DNA from: the human T2T-CHM13v2.0 reference genome, Homo sapiens
NCBI RefSeq assembly: GCF_009914755.1
Contig: NC_060925.1
Length of the DNA: 64,000 nt
Strand: one strand, 5' to 3'
Shown: in pieces, positions 1 to 51,819 of the stretch
Layout: each line of letters starts with the position of its first letter
Numbering within the stretch: the stretch's first letter is position 1
The notes under the pieces: generated by a model
The model's input: only the letters and a program-made list of their open reading frames with translations
Database searches by the model: none
What the model was told of the DNA's origin: nothing
Translations under genes and position numbers: made by a program

Positions 1-1096
1 AACAAAATCTTTCCAATATATCCAGTTTGAGATCTGTCTTCCCCTAAACCCTCCACCTAAGGGCTCCGAGGGAACTTCAGAGAAGCTTTTAAAAGTTCGG
101 CAGGGCACAGCTGCAAATCCACTGCACCAGATGAACCTAGGAAATGAATCCTCCCCCTGTCCCCAACACTGTTCCCCTTCTCACCCACCCCTTCCAAGGG
201 AAAAGGGAGAAACAGGTCTTTTCGGAGCTGCTGGAAGAATGAAAGGTAATATAAATTCTTTCTCTCCAGTGCACTCAAGCGGTCACCAGGACATCAGAAA
301 AGCCAAATCCAAGGTCCCAAGGCTCTTGATCATCCAGTGCCCACAACAGAGGGAGTAAGCTAGACGGAGAAGCTGAAGTGAAGGAGGAAAGAGAGAAGGG
401 GGTGCCTGTTCCACCCCCTTCCTAGCAGCTGCCTCTGTGGGCTCCATAATCCCCATGCCCTCTCCCCCACCCCACCCTCCGGCCGCCCACCTCTCCTCCA
501 CCCACCCCATTCATCAGTAGGAGGGCACTGTATCAGCACAGCCTTTCAAGGCCTGACAGTTCCTTTCTGGGTGCCCCCCACATGTAACCACTTAACCCCC
601 AGCACAAAGGGCCAGCCTGAATGGGCTTGGAGCCGGTGGCTCGTGCGGAGGGGGAGGCCTCAATAGGATTTGGGGAGCTGGGTGTATAAACCGCTCTGCT
701 CCAGCAGCCCTCAATGGAGGAGCTGGAGTTGGGGCATGTGCCGAGGGGAGGAGCTCGGCAGCTGCATCCCGCCCCTGAACAATGATTTATTCATTCTCCT
801 GGCACGCACAGAGAAGACAGGCTGGGGAAACATGGCCCCACAAATCGCCCTCAGCCTCAGCTGATTCCCACGGCAATCATTGCAGTTCAGAGTGCCCCCT
901 CCCACTTGTAATGTTTTGCCTCAAGCTTGCCCTTCCTCTTCCTGGTAAGGAAGTAGACTACATTACGGGAGGCCTTAAGTAGCCTTAAATTCAGGCAAGC
1001 ATCGTTCTTTGAGTTGGTTGCACCCAAACTCAATCTCACTCTCTCAAAGCTTTCTGGCCAGGTTTTCCTCACACACCCATAGAAACAGATGCAGAC

Positions 1097-1123
1097 AAAA
1101 AAAAAAAAAAAAAAAAAAAAAAA
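1097..1123 (+). repeat. A27 homopolymer not attached to an Alu
   Basis: Direct read; flanks are unique sequence. Confidence 0.95.
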
Positions 1124-1966
1124 GCGCATAGCAAAACCTGTCTCCAGGATGGCCCCCAGCAGGGAGTTGGGGAGCTTAGCCTAGAAGTAACTGACAGGTG
1201 ATGGGAATGTAGTAAATGTTTGCTGGATGAGTTAATGGCTGCTAACAAAAGGTAGTATGCTTGCTGCTGTCACTCCTCTTCCCAGACCCTTTCCTCCTTC
1301 TTGTAGTCACATCCATCTGGCTCCAATTCCCAGAAGAATCTCTTAGAAATCTTTGGGGATGAGGGGACAGAATGAAGACAGGTAAGCAAAGATGCTAAAA
1401 CCTGTAAATAAACAATGCTGGGTGGTGGTGGTGGGGGTGCGGTTTCAAGAAGTCAAATTGTGACAAAAGGAAATTTGCTCTCGCCCTCTTGCCTCCATAT
1501 GTCATGTCACCAGGGCCAGATCACACACACACATCATCATAATAAATAAAACTGAAAATCAATACCGTTAGCAGAACAGGGAGAGCCAGAATGAAGTGAC
1601 CATCCTCAGACTGGCCCCTGGGCCTACTGGCCCCAAGCTTGTAATTACCTTGTCACACAGAAAACAAATCTATTGTGGGTGGTAAGTGTGAGAGGTGGGG
1701 GATCCCAGGCACGGAGCTTGCCGGACGAGGAGCAGGGGAAGGGGCACAGTAGGAAGACTGATTGGCCTTCAGTGATGGTGGTACAGGAGCTTGAGACTAA
1801 CAAAACTAAGGCCTGGACAGTTTAAGAAAGTTTTGTTGTTTTAGTCAGGAGGGTGAACACCCTAAGGGAGGTGATCCTGCCCAATACTGGTGTGGGGCGT
1901 GAAGTTGCCGGGGAAAAGGCTTCAAGCCCACTCCTGGAGCCTCAGAAGGGCAGGTGGCTAGGATGC

Positions 1967-1982
1967 TGCTGCCCTCTGGTGG
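1967..1982 (-). promoter_or_regulatory. CTCF core motif
   Basis: Minus strand reads CCACCAGAGGGCAGCA, close to the CTCF consensus. Confidence 0.6.
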
Positions 1983-2109
1983 GCATAAAGAGACAGTATC
2001 CACACCTCCAACGCTGGAAATCCATTGCAAAGGAGTCTCCGTTCTTTGTTGTTCTAAAGGCTTGGCCACCAGGACTAGTGCATTCATAGCTTGGATTTCC
2101 CAGGAAGCC

Positions 2110-2460
2110 AACTCTGAGACTGTTTAATGTGCTGGATGTTTATTAAGAACCTCCTTTGGGATCAACAGCTGTGGAAGAATGAGAATGAGCAGGAGTGGCC
2201 AGAGGAAGAGGCTGATCTACAAGACAAGCCAGTGACAGCCTCAGCCAACCCCACAGGGAGCTCTGAAGCTAGAATGGCCCTTCAGAGTTGACCCAAAATA
2301 AGCTAAGAAGGCCAGGCCTTTACACACCTGTTGCCATTGAATGTGGGCTATCCTTGACCTTGGGCAAGGTGCTCTCTGAGGCAATTCCCACCCTGGAAGA
2401 CTGTCTGCATAGTGCTTCCAACAGCTAGGCCAACAAGGCCTTCATGGAAGGGTCCACCCT
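2110..2460. mobile_element. Old ERVL-type solo LTR (LTR16/LTR33-like)
   Basis: Motifs such as gcctcagccaaccccacagggagctctgaagctagaatggcccttcagagttg resemble that family; recognised by eye. Confidence 0.45.
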
Positions 2461-3025
2461 CCACACCATAACTCATCAAATATTTGTCAAAGGAACAGCA
2501 GGTTTAGATCATGCCTCAGGCTGCAGGCTCAGTTGGGACAGTCTACAAGTCTCAGTTACCGGGGCTGTTATGCACTGATCCTTGGAAACGGTGAGGGGGG
2601 CCTTAATGCTCAGATTCATGGATTCATTCATTCAACGAGCATTTGTTGAGATTTACTCTGTGCCAGGCCTTGAGGCAGACACTTTACAATTTTTTTTTAT
2701 TTAATCCTCACAACTGTGAAGCTAGTATTAACTCAGATTATTCAGATGAGATCAAGTTATTAAGTAGCTTTCACAGTCCAATGACACTTTGAAAAAAATG
2801 CCACTCACAATGGGACAAGTGCTATTGCTGCCGCCAAAGATTTCTCAGGCCAGAAAGGGTCTTGGCTGTCTTCTGTGTGTGTGCATATGTGTATGAACTG
2901 GATGGCTTGCTTTCTGCTTTCAGCCAGAACATTTCCTCTATGGCAGCCAAGAGCTATGCCTCAATAGCCTCCTGCTTTAATTCCTTCCTAAAAATGTTGC
3001 TGCTCAAGGTAACAAAACCACAAGC

Positions 3026-3328
3026 TTTTTTTTTTTTTTTTTTTTCTTTTGAGGCAGTCTCACTCTGTCACCCAGACTGGAATGCAATGCTGCAGTTTTG
3101 GCTCATTGCAGCCACAACCTCCAGGCTCAAGTGATTTCCTACCTCAGCCTCCCAAGTAGTTGGAACCACAGGTGCATGCCACCATGCACAGCTAATTTTT
3201 GTATTTTTTGTAGAGATGGGGTTTCGCCATTTTGCCCAGGCTGGTCTCAAACCCCTGAGTTCAAGCAAACCCCCCACCTCAACCTCCCAAAGTGCTGGGA
3301 TTACAGGCATGTGCCACCATGCCTGGCC
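3026..3328 (-). mobile_element. Alu (J-like) with target-site duplication AAAACCACAAG
   Basis: Alu body, poly(T), TSD at about 3014 and 3330. Confidence 0.9.
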
Positions 3329-3865
3329 CAAAACCACAAGTTTTACAAATTCCTGGTTGTAGCTACAGAGCAAGCCACCATTGCCCAAAAGAAAACTGGG
3401 CTAGCTCCTTCCCTGGATAGTCAATGGAGAGACAGCCCTGGATCCTCAGTGTTCTTTTAGCCATTTGATCATCAGAAAGTTGATGATAAGTTCTTCCCTA
3501 ATGTCTAACCTCCATATTTGCTGCAACTCTTTGGAACAATAACATTGAAGGGACAAGAAGCACAGGTTTCTGTTTCAGAAAACTCTCAGTACCCTGCACC
3601 TCTCACTAACCTGCCCACTCTGTGTAAGGGACTGAGGGCTGGAAAGATAGAGAAAACTGTCAGCTGCTGTTCTTCTATAGCCCTGATGGGTTCTAATCCT
3701 TGGTCAATTAAGACATCCAGCAACCAACATGAAGATTTTAATTTTCTCATTTAGATTCTAATCATAAAGAACTTGAAGGAAAATGAAGGAGGGAGTATGC
3801 TTGGAAGTCATGGAACAATTTCTGGGTCTAACTACAGAGACATTCACTCAACCTCACCCTCCCCT

Positions 3866-3868
<3 letters not shown>

Positions 3869-3912
<44 letters not shown>
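3869..3912. repeat. (AC)22 microsatellite
   Basis: Direct read. Confidence 0.97.
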
Positions 3913-3914
<2 letters not shown>

Positions 3915-5192
3915 CTTTCCTGCTGGGCCCCCAGAACCTAATTTTTCACGTTTGGAAAACCCAGATGATTTTTGCCTAGGTCCATCTGGTTTTCCAAATA
4001 ACCTGTCTTTTTGATAAATAACGTAAGTTAAATTAGACAAGACAAACAAACAGAAGGGTGGGCAGTCAGCCTTTTTCCTTCCTTCAGCCTCTGAGAAAAA
4101 GAGATGAGGGCCAAAAAACCCAAACCACGGCTCACTCCCAACCCTGCCCCAGCACTTTCTACCCCTTGGACTAGGCAATAATTCTCCAGCCTGGAGCTGG
4201 GAGCTGCCTCTTCAACCCTACATCTAGCCCACCAGCCATCAAGAATTCCGCGGACTACGGTTCTCTCTAAAATGAAGGGAAGGAACTCAGGTGTCCACCC
4301 CAACTCCTTCCAATCACCCTTAGGCTGTAGCTACTTCAAACTCCCTTTTCCCATTATGAATCCCACCACAGGGTAGAACTAAATCAATAAACTGAAAATG
4401 AAAAACCTTTAAGGTGAGAGGAGAGAGGACAAAAAGAGGGGATGGGAAGGACGTGGATGGTACAGACCAAGACAATAAAACTACTGGGGACAGAAACCAG
4501 GCACCTTGGTCTCAAAAGGTAAAATCTGAGGTGACACCAGCCATACACAAGCCACGTCTATCTCCCCAGTTCACTAGAGTCCAGGCATACACACAGGCCT
4601 CCATTTCTACTGCTATAACAAGTCTCAGCACATAGCTAGCCACCAATGGTGGACTATGGAGCTTTGTTGGGGCTTGGCTTCTCCTTCCCACTCAGCTCTA
4701 CCCATTCCTCAGCAGTGAGTTAGCCTGCATTAGTGCAGCCTCTTAAATATGTACATTCACTTCACATTAATTTGTACCTTTGATCCTAACCATACCCTGT
4801 GAGCTAAACCAAGTCATTTCACATGAGCCCCATTTTCCAGTTGAGGAAAAAAGAGACTGACTTACCCAAAGTCATGATGCTTACAAGCTGCAGAAAGAGC
4901 AAGGACTAAAGCTCTACACCTCTATTCTGTCCTGCACTAGAAAGCTCCTCTGTATATAATTCAGCTCTATGCTTTTCACCATTAGCTCTTCCAGGCCTCC
5001 CATCACTCATTGCTCAAAAAATTCATTGAATTATTTTATGTGCCAGGCATGGTGCTACCCAAAGCATACATTTTTCAACAAAACGGATATGCTCTGTTTT
5101 CACAGCACTTACAGTCTAGTAGGGAAAGCAAGCCTCAACGAACATTAAAGTAACACATCATGATGACAGACCCAAAAGAATGGGAAACCTAA

Positions 5193-6238
<1,046 letters not shown>

Positions 6239-7060
6239 TCAGACAAAGAAGGAGGATGGATGTAGGGGAGGGCATTCCAGGGAAAGAGGACACTTTAGAT
6301 GCTCCTGAGGCTGCATGTCATGAGAAAGAAGAGTAGACAGGAGGTTGGGAGGCAGAGCTATGTCATGCATCGGCCATGAGAAGTTTGAACTTTGAGTGCA
6401 GCGGAAGACATTAAAAGATTTTAAGTAGTGAAGTGTCATCCTCCAAATTATATTTACATAAAGGTCGCCTCTGGCTGCTGTGCAGATTGGATGAAAAGGA
6501 AGCAAAAACAGAAGTGGGGGGGTCAGGAGGCTACGGTAGGACCCTAGAAAGAAATTGTGGAATCTTGGACCAGGGGGCTGGCCATAGAGCTGGAAGAAAT
6601 GAGCTGATTCCAGATGCAATTTGGAAGTAGAAATAACAGAACTTGGAAATTGTCTGATTACAGGATTAAAGAACAGGTCAAGAATGCTCTCCAGATTTCC
6701 AGTCTGAGTGACTGGATATATGGAGGTACCTTTTACTGAAATGGCAAATACAGGAGGAAGAGCAGGTTTTTAGAGAAGATCACATTTTCATTTTAAGTTT
6801 GAGATATTTGAGAAACAATGGGCCTTTCAGAAGTGGCCTACAATATATGATATAATTGTGATACTGGTAATTTCTTTCATTCTCAAAGGAGGTGAATTTC
6901 TTTTTTCTGGGAGCTACTGGCAATTTCTTATGCTTACAGAGTGGCACTTGACATAATGCACTGACATACATTTTCCAACTGAAGCCCCCCAGCAACTCTG
7001 AGACAGCCATGACTTAGTATCCTCATTTTATAAACAGAGGCTCTGAAAGGTGTAGTGTTA

Positions 7061-7066
7061 TTTATT
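7061..7066 (-). terminator. Candidate distal poly(A) signal AATAAA at an L2-like 3' end
   Basis: TTTATT on + strand within degenerate L2 tail context (tttattcaa...tgtgccaggc). Confidence 0.45.
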
Positions 7067-7834
7067 CAAACTGTGGTAGGCACCACTACATTCCAAGCTG
7101 TGTGCCAGGCGATGAGTAGGATATAAGGGTAGAAGATACAATACCATCTCAAGGATGACATAATCAAATAGTATCATGGGAACACTCCTCCCAGAAATAC
7201 TCTCCTCTATCCTTAGGAGCACAAATCCCAGGACAGGATGCCACAAGAGTGATTAGACATAACCCTAGGAGATAAAAACCAAAAACACCCCCTAAAAAGT
7301 CTCCCAGCCTGAGCATTAGAAACTCTCAAAGTGAGGAGAAGTTTGTAGAGAAGCAGTTGAGAAAATGAGGGATGCCACAGAGATCTGAGTACCTTGTCTC
7401 TAGAGCTTTGGTGAATAAAATCTTATGGTTTATGGAAGAGACCCTAGTATGGCTGTGCAACTGTGAATTAATGAGATGAAATTAGAGACCTGTTTAAAGA
7501 GGTTAATACCATGTATCCCTACTCAAGTGTATGGAACAAGGAAGAAACAAAAACACTGACACTGAGCCTACCCTATCTCCCACACTCATGGGCTCTCATC
7601 CCTCCAAATATGTAATTTCCAAGCTAGTGAAGCTGAGTCCTCCTCAGAGCCATAGTGGCAGGTCCTGGGGCTTCAATTTCATTAAAACATAACTGATGCT
7701 GCTGGCTCAGTGCTTTGGGCAAAGGGCATATGGGTCAGATTGAAACTGTCCATGTCAATCCTGTTACCAAGATCAAGGCTTAGCTTACTTTATAGCAGCC
7801 ATCCTGGCATAAGGAAAAGTAACCCAGAGTTTGA

Positions 7835-8377
<543 letters not shown>

Positions 8378-9202
8378 GAATTTTCTTATCCTCAGTTGTC
8401 AATTCCAATTGTCTTTTCTATCTCTCCTCAAAAGACATGTAGGGAAACAAGAGGGAAGAAATATCTAGCCTTCCTGCTCAGTTCTCTTTTGCCCAGCAAG
8501 GGCTACTTTGCCTTGGGAACTGTTTAGAGAGTTCAAAGAAAGAGGCAAAAACATGTATCTTGAACCCATGGATAAAATGAAGTACATACAAACTTAGCTA
8601 AAGAGAAAGGCCAATCAAAGCTGTAACAGGCTGGGCATGGTGGCTGAGCCTGTGACCCCAGCATTTTGGGAGGCCAAGGTGGGAGGATTACTTGAGGCCA
8701 GGAGTTCAAGATCAGCTGGGGCAACACAGCAAGACCCTGTCTCTACTAAAATAAAATAATTAGCTGGGCATGGTGGCATATGCCTGTAATGTGGCCCAGC
8801 TATTCCAAAGGTTGAGGAAGGAGGATGCTGAAGCCCAGGAGTTCAAGGGTACAGTGAGCTATGATTGTGCCACTGCACTCTAACCTGGGCAACAGAATGA
8901 GACTGTCTCTAAAAAATAAGTTTTTTAAACAAAGAGCTATAATAGAAGGTACCATTTATGTAAACTCAATTATCCTCTTCACCTGAGCTGAACCCAAACC
9001 ACTTGGTAAGTTAACTTGATCAATTCACTAGGACTGAGAAGCCAGTGAGGGGACAATTGCAGCAGCTTCTCAGTTTAGACCCAGAGGGTTTCCCTGGGAT
9101 GGAGATAACCTGAAAATGAAATGCTCCTCAAGGTTAGACAGGCACTGACCCAAGAATGAGCATTCAAGCTGGACAGCAAATCTTCCCTTCAAGGCATTAA
9201 GA

Positions 9203-9208
9203 TTTATT
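9203..9208 (-). terminator. Poly(A) signal AATAAA with upstream UGUA (CFIm) motifs
   Basis: mRNA sense TGTGTATAAAGATGTTTTAATATGTATGTAGTTTTTCAATAAA. Confidence 0.7.
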
Positions 9209-9609
9209 GAAAAACTACATACATATTAAAACATCTTTATACACATTTTCCCCATTATAAGATTACAAGTATACAAACATAAGTATTGTCAAAGTCAACA
9301 TCTTGAGTATTAGAAAACTGTAGAAAACCGGCCGGGTGCGGTGGCTCATGCCTATAATCCCAGCACTTTGGGAGGCCGAGACGGGTGGATCACCTCAGGT
9401 CAGGAGTTCAAGACCAGCCTGGCCAACATGGCGAAACCTCATCTCTAATAAAAATACAAAAAATTAGCTGGGAGTGGTGGCAGGTGCCTGTAATCCCTGC
9501 TATTTGGGAGGCCGAGGCAGAATTGCTTGAACCTAGGAGGCGGAGGTTGCAGTAAGCCGAGATCGTGCCATTGTATTCCAGCCTAGGTGACAGAGCCAGC
9601 CTATGTCTC

Positions 9610-9644
<35 letters not shown>

Positions 9645-9917
9645 GAAAAAGAAAAGAAAAGAAAAACTGTAAAAAACCTACAACCTAATTGCATCAATTA
9701 AATTGGTGTTCCCATCTCCCAATAAAAAACTGGCACACTCTCTTCCAACTGCCCAAGTACAGGTCCTGACACTGAAACCACAGTATTCACATGGAATGTT
9801 TTTCCAAAGCAGCACTGATGCTCAGTTCTGAGGGGAAAAACATTTGTCTAAAATTCTGAGAAGCTTGTGGTAGTTCAGGGAAAATGGAGAATGATGGCAA
9901 TTCTCTTCAATAATATT

Positions 9918-9923
9918 TTTATT
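9918..9923 (-). terminator. Candidate proximal poly(A) signal AATAAA
   Basis: TTTATT on + strand; pyrimidine-rich downstream sequence on - strand. Confidence 0.5.
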
Positions 9924-10015
9924 AAATTCCATGGTGGCCTTCTCTCAAAATTAGTAATGAAATGCTGAAATGTCCATTGATTAGTGAGGGCAATGTATGT
10001 AAGCCAGAAGAATGC

Positions 10016-10024
10016 AATAAATAA
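10016..10024 (-). promoter_or_regulatory. AU-rich element nonamer UUAUUUAUU in 3' UTR
   Basis: AATAAATAA on + strand. Confidence 0.55.
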
Positions 10025-10330
10025 GGGTTATGTTTCTTCTTGTCAGACCCAGAAGGGAGATCTTTGAACAACAGTGCTTCAAATTGAGAATTCAGTCCCA
10101 GGAAGGGTCTCTCTGCCCCACAGACTGTGGTGGACAAACACTGGGTGTAACATTTTATCTTCATCCCCAAGCCCCAGAAAATTAGAGGCAGAGTCTTTCT
10201 GACTTGGGTACCAGTTTAAGTCCTTATTAAGCAGCAAAAATTAATTCAAAATTTGATGCTGCCTTGGGAAGAAGCATACAGGAAAATGAAAGGGGTAAGA
10301 GTAATACAGCAGCCCATCTGTTGGTTCCTA

Positions 10331-10636
<306 letters not shown>

Positions 10637-10864
10637 TCAAAAAAAAAAAAAGAAATCTTTCTTTCACCGAGCCCTGGTCATCATGGTACGTATCTCATGG
10701 GTGTAAAGGAGTCATTATGGTACTGATTTTCACTGTTTAATCTGTAATGTCACACTTTTCCCTACTCTTCCTCTTCCAACCACTTCTATCAATCACAAAG
10801 AGATATTAACCCAGAAAGCTGCTACAATAAAATGTCAAATGTCTAATGGAGGAAGTGAAACCTA

Positions 10865-11149
<285 letters not shown>

Positions 11150-11428
11150 TTAAAAAAAAAAAAAAAAAGGAAACCTCACCCAAGTATTCCATGAGTTGTT
11201 GATGTTGTAAATACTGCAGAATTGAAATCAGTGGCCAATTCAGGGAATAATACTAGGAAAAGAGATGTCCAGAGCTGTGCAGTAGAAATCACTGGAATTT
11301 CTGTCTGCAATCTTATTGCATTGATTATGAAAGAAGGAAGGATCATTGGCTGGAGTGTCAATTCCAACTTTCAGTGCTAGAAACTTCTCAAAGCAGTCTC
11401 AATGTAGATTTTGGCACCTTTGATGGTG

Positions 11429-44794
<33,366 letters not shown>

Positions 44795-44899
44795 GACTTC
44801 TGCCTCCCCTGCGCTCCACTAGGGACGGAGCTGTCTCTGATTCCCTCAGCCGGAGAGCAGCGGCTCCCGCCGTCTCCAGCCCAGCAGTGCTGTTCTTGC

Positions 44900-44907
44900 T
44901 TTCCCGC
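44900..44907 (+). promoter_or_regulatory. E2F site TTTCCCGC near the expected TSS
   Basis: Exact TTTSSCGC match about 105 nt upstream of the ATG; second E2F-like TTGGCGGG at 45042-45049. Confidence 0.8.
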
Positions 44908-44943
44908 CCAGCCAGAGTGGAGGTCCCACCCAGATGGTTTGCA

Positions 44944-45168
44944 CCAATCCAGAGGGGGCTTTCCAGCGAGTCCCCGCCCCCTTCCGACCCACCAATCACG
45001 CAGCGCCTCTGGCCGCCCAATCTCCTATTACCCAGGCTGAGTTGGCGGGTCGCAGCTGCTGGTAGCGGAGCCTGGGGGAGCTGGAGGTGCACGGGGGCGG
45101 GGCAGTCGGTACCAGGCGAGCCGTGGTCTTTGACCTTTGACACTTGCCAAAGCATCGAGTGCGATTGG
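44944..45168. promoter_or_regulatory. Cluster of four NF-Y CCAAT boxes and two Sp/KLF GC boxes
   Basis: CCAAT at 44944, 44992, 45017; ATTGG at 45164; CCCCGCCCC 44972-44980; GGGGCGGGG 45094-45102. Typical G1/S gene promoter layout. Confidence 0.75.
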
Positions 45169-45331
45169 AGGGGTGAGTCTTTCGGGGGGAAGTGAGCTGG
45201 GAAACGGTTCCTGGGCACCTGGGAGTGTCCTGTACCTGAACTTTTTAGAGGAATTCCAAGGTTCCCGTGGGGATTTTCTCCACTGACTTCATTTCTGGAG
45301 CAGCTAGATCCTGTGTGCCTCTTGTACATGA

Positions 45332-45553
<222 letters not shown>

Positions 45554-46067
45554 TGAGTAGCTAGGATTACAGGCACCCGCCACCAACCCCTGGCTAATTT
45601 TTGTATTTTTAGTAGAGACGGGGTTTCACCATGTTGGCCAGGCTGGTCTCGAACTCCTGATCTCAAATGATCCTCGCCTCGGCCTCCCAAAGTGCTGGGA
45701 GGCCTCATACCCCTCACAGGCGTGAGCCACTGTGCCCGGCCCACTTTTATTTTTTAAAGAGGGCCGGGCTCCATGGCTCACGCTTGTAATCTCAACGCTT
45801 TGGGAGGCCGAGGTGGGAGGATGGCTTGAGTCCAGGAGTTTGAGGTTAGAGTGAGTTATGATCGCACCACTGCACTTCAGCGTAGGCGATAGAGGGAGAC
45901 CTTGTCTCTAAAGAAAAAAGTTTTGTGGGCTGCTCAGATACCAAAGAATATGGTTGGATAATCTTTATAATTCTCTGTAGAGTTAATTTGAGGATGTAGA
46001 AAGCACTCATCACTCCTAGAGGGCATTCTACCTTTAAACAAGGCTGGAAAAAGAATTGAAGCTCTGA

Positions 46068-46223
<156 letters not shown>

Positions 46224-47399
46224 TGAGTAGCTAGGATTATAGGCATGTGCCACCACGCTCAGATAATTTTTTGTAACTTTAGTAGAGACAAGATTTCACC
46301 ATTTTGGCCAGGCTGATCTTGAACTCCTGACCTCGTGATCCGCCCGTCTCAGCCTCCCAAAGTGCTGGGATTACAGGTGTGAGTCACCGCACCTGGCCTA
46401 TCCCAGACAATTCTAATCCCAGTTTTGCCACTGTGCTGGCCATTATTTTTTGCCTCTCCAGGTCAATTCTCTGTCCTTCCTTTACCCTGGTGTGTGTCAA
46501 GGCAAGGCTGACCTCTCTAGACTGTATTATCCCAGCTCCCTTGCCCTTCTGGTTGGGTCAGGCCCCTGTAAAGACACCTTATAAGGTTACTGTAAGGAGA
46601 TGAGAGGCCACCAGGAAAGAAAGGTCAGAGTATTTATTGCTCACTTCACCCTCCATGGTCATATCCACTGCCAGTGTGGCCAGCTTGGCCCAGCTTGCCC
46701 AGGACTTTCCTAGTTTTAGCACTAAAAGTCCTGCATCCTGAGAACCTCCTCAGTCACAGGTATACCAAATGGTTGGTTCTTCACCCAATCCACTGGCCTC
46801 CTCTTCCAAGTTTCCACCTTTAGCTGGGTTCAGAAAAAAGCTCCCTCTCCACATCTTCATTTCTTTACTTCCCCACCATCTCTCAATCCACTTCTGTCCC
46901 CACCAACAAGAGCCCATCATCCATCCTCTTCTCTTTTTGTGTCTTGGTTTATCCACCTTTTCATCCATTTACTATTAATTTCTACATCAACGATTCCCAG
47001 GTATACATCTATGGCACTCCCCATCATATATGGAGGGCTAACGTTTATTGAAGCCTTACTCAGTGGCAGAAACAGTTGCAAGGATTTTATAAGTGTTATC
47101 TTATTTAATCTTCAGAGTAAACTTGTAATATTATTATCTCTTTCTTAGAAGATGAGGAAACCAGACTTTTAAAAGGCTAGAAACTGGTGGAGCCAATTTT
47201 CAGACTCTATGTGACTTCAGAGCTCATACCCCTCAGAAAGACCCTGCCTGAGCATCCTCTGTGTTCTGCCTCCTTATCCTATGCTGGTTTCCCTGATAAC
47301 ACTTTCCTTTGCCTGAAATTTTATTTATATCTATTTGTCTGTTGTTGCTCCAAGAGAACAGGCGTTTTGTTTTCTTGGCCTCTGTATCATTGCAACCTA

Positions 47400-47933
<534 letters not shown>

Positions 47934-48249
47934 TAATTAATTCATTCACTTGACAACTTCTTGAGCTCCCTCTGAAAATGAATGAGTGAAATAATATTCC
48001 TTATATTAGTATTTTAAAATATCTTTGGGGAGCACCTTTTCACTCATCACAGAAGCTAAGAGAGAAAGCTCCAATTTGAACAATGGGTGGACATGGGTAA
48101 GCTAGGAAAGGAAAACCTTTCATTCAATTTTTATTGTGGTAAAACATATATAACATGAAATTTACCATCTTAACCATTTTAAAGTATGCAGTTCAGAAGT
48201 ACATTCAAATTGTTATGTAACCAATCTACCAATCTTCAGAATTCTTTTC

Positions 48250-51655
<3,406 letters not shown>

Positions 51656-51819
51656 AACAAATAATAAATGATTGTTGAATAAGTGGTTAAGATACTAGGG
51701 ACTAAACAAAAACAAAAACAAATAATGCCAGGGCCTTTTCCCAAGGTATATAAGCACACACCGTCAGCTAGACTGTGTGCAGAAGCTCCCTTCCCATGAC
51801 ACTGGGGAAATCTAAAGTA

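Noticed and set aside
57-1129. Overlapping short ORFs at the window start as a possible neighbouring gene
   Set aside because: No recognisable protein and no consistent exon structure; better explained as non-coding GC-rich DNA
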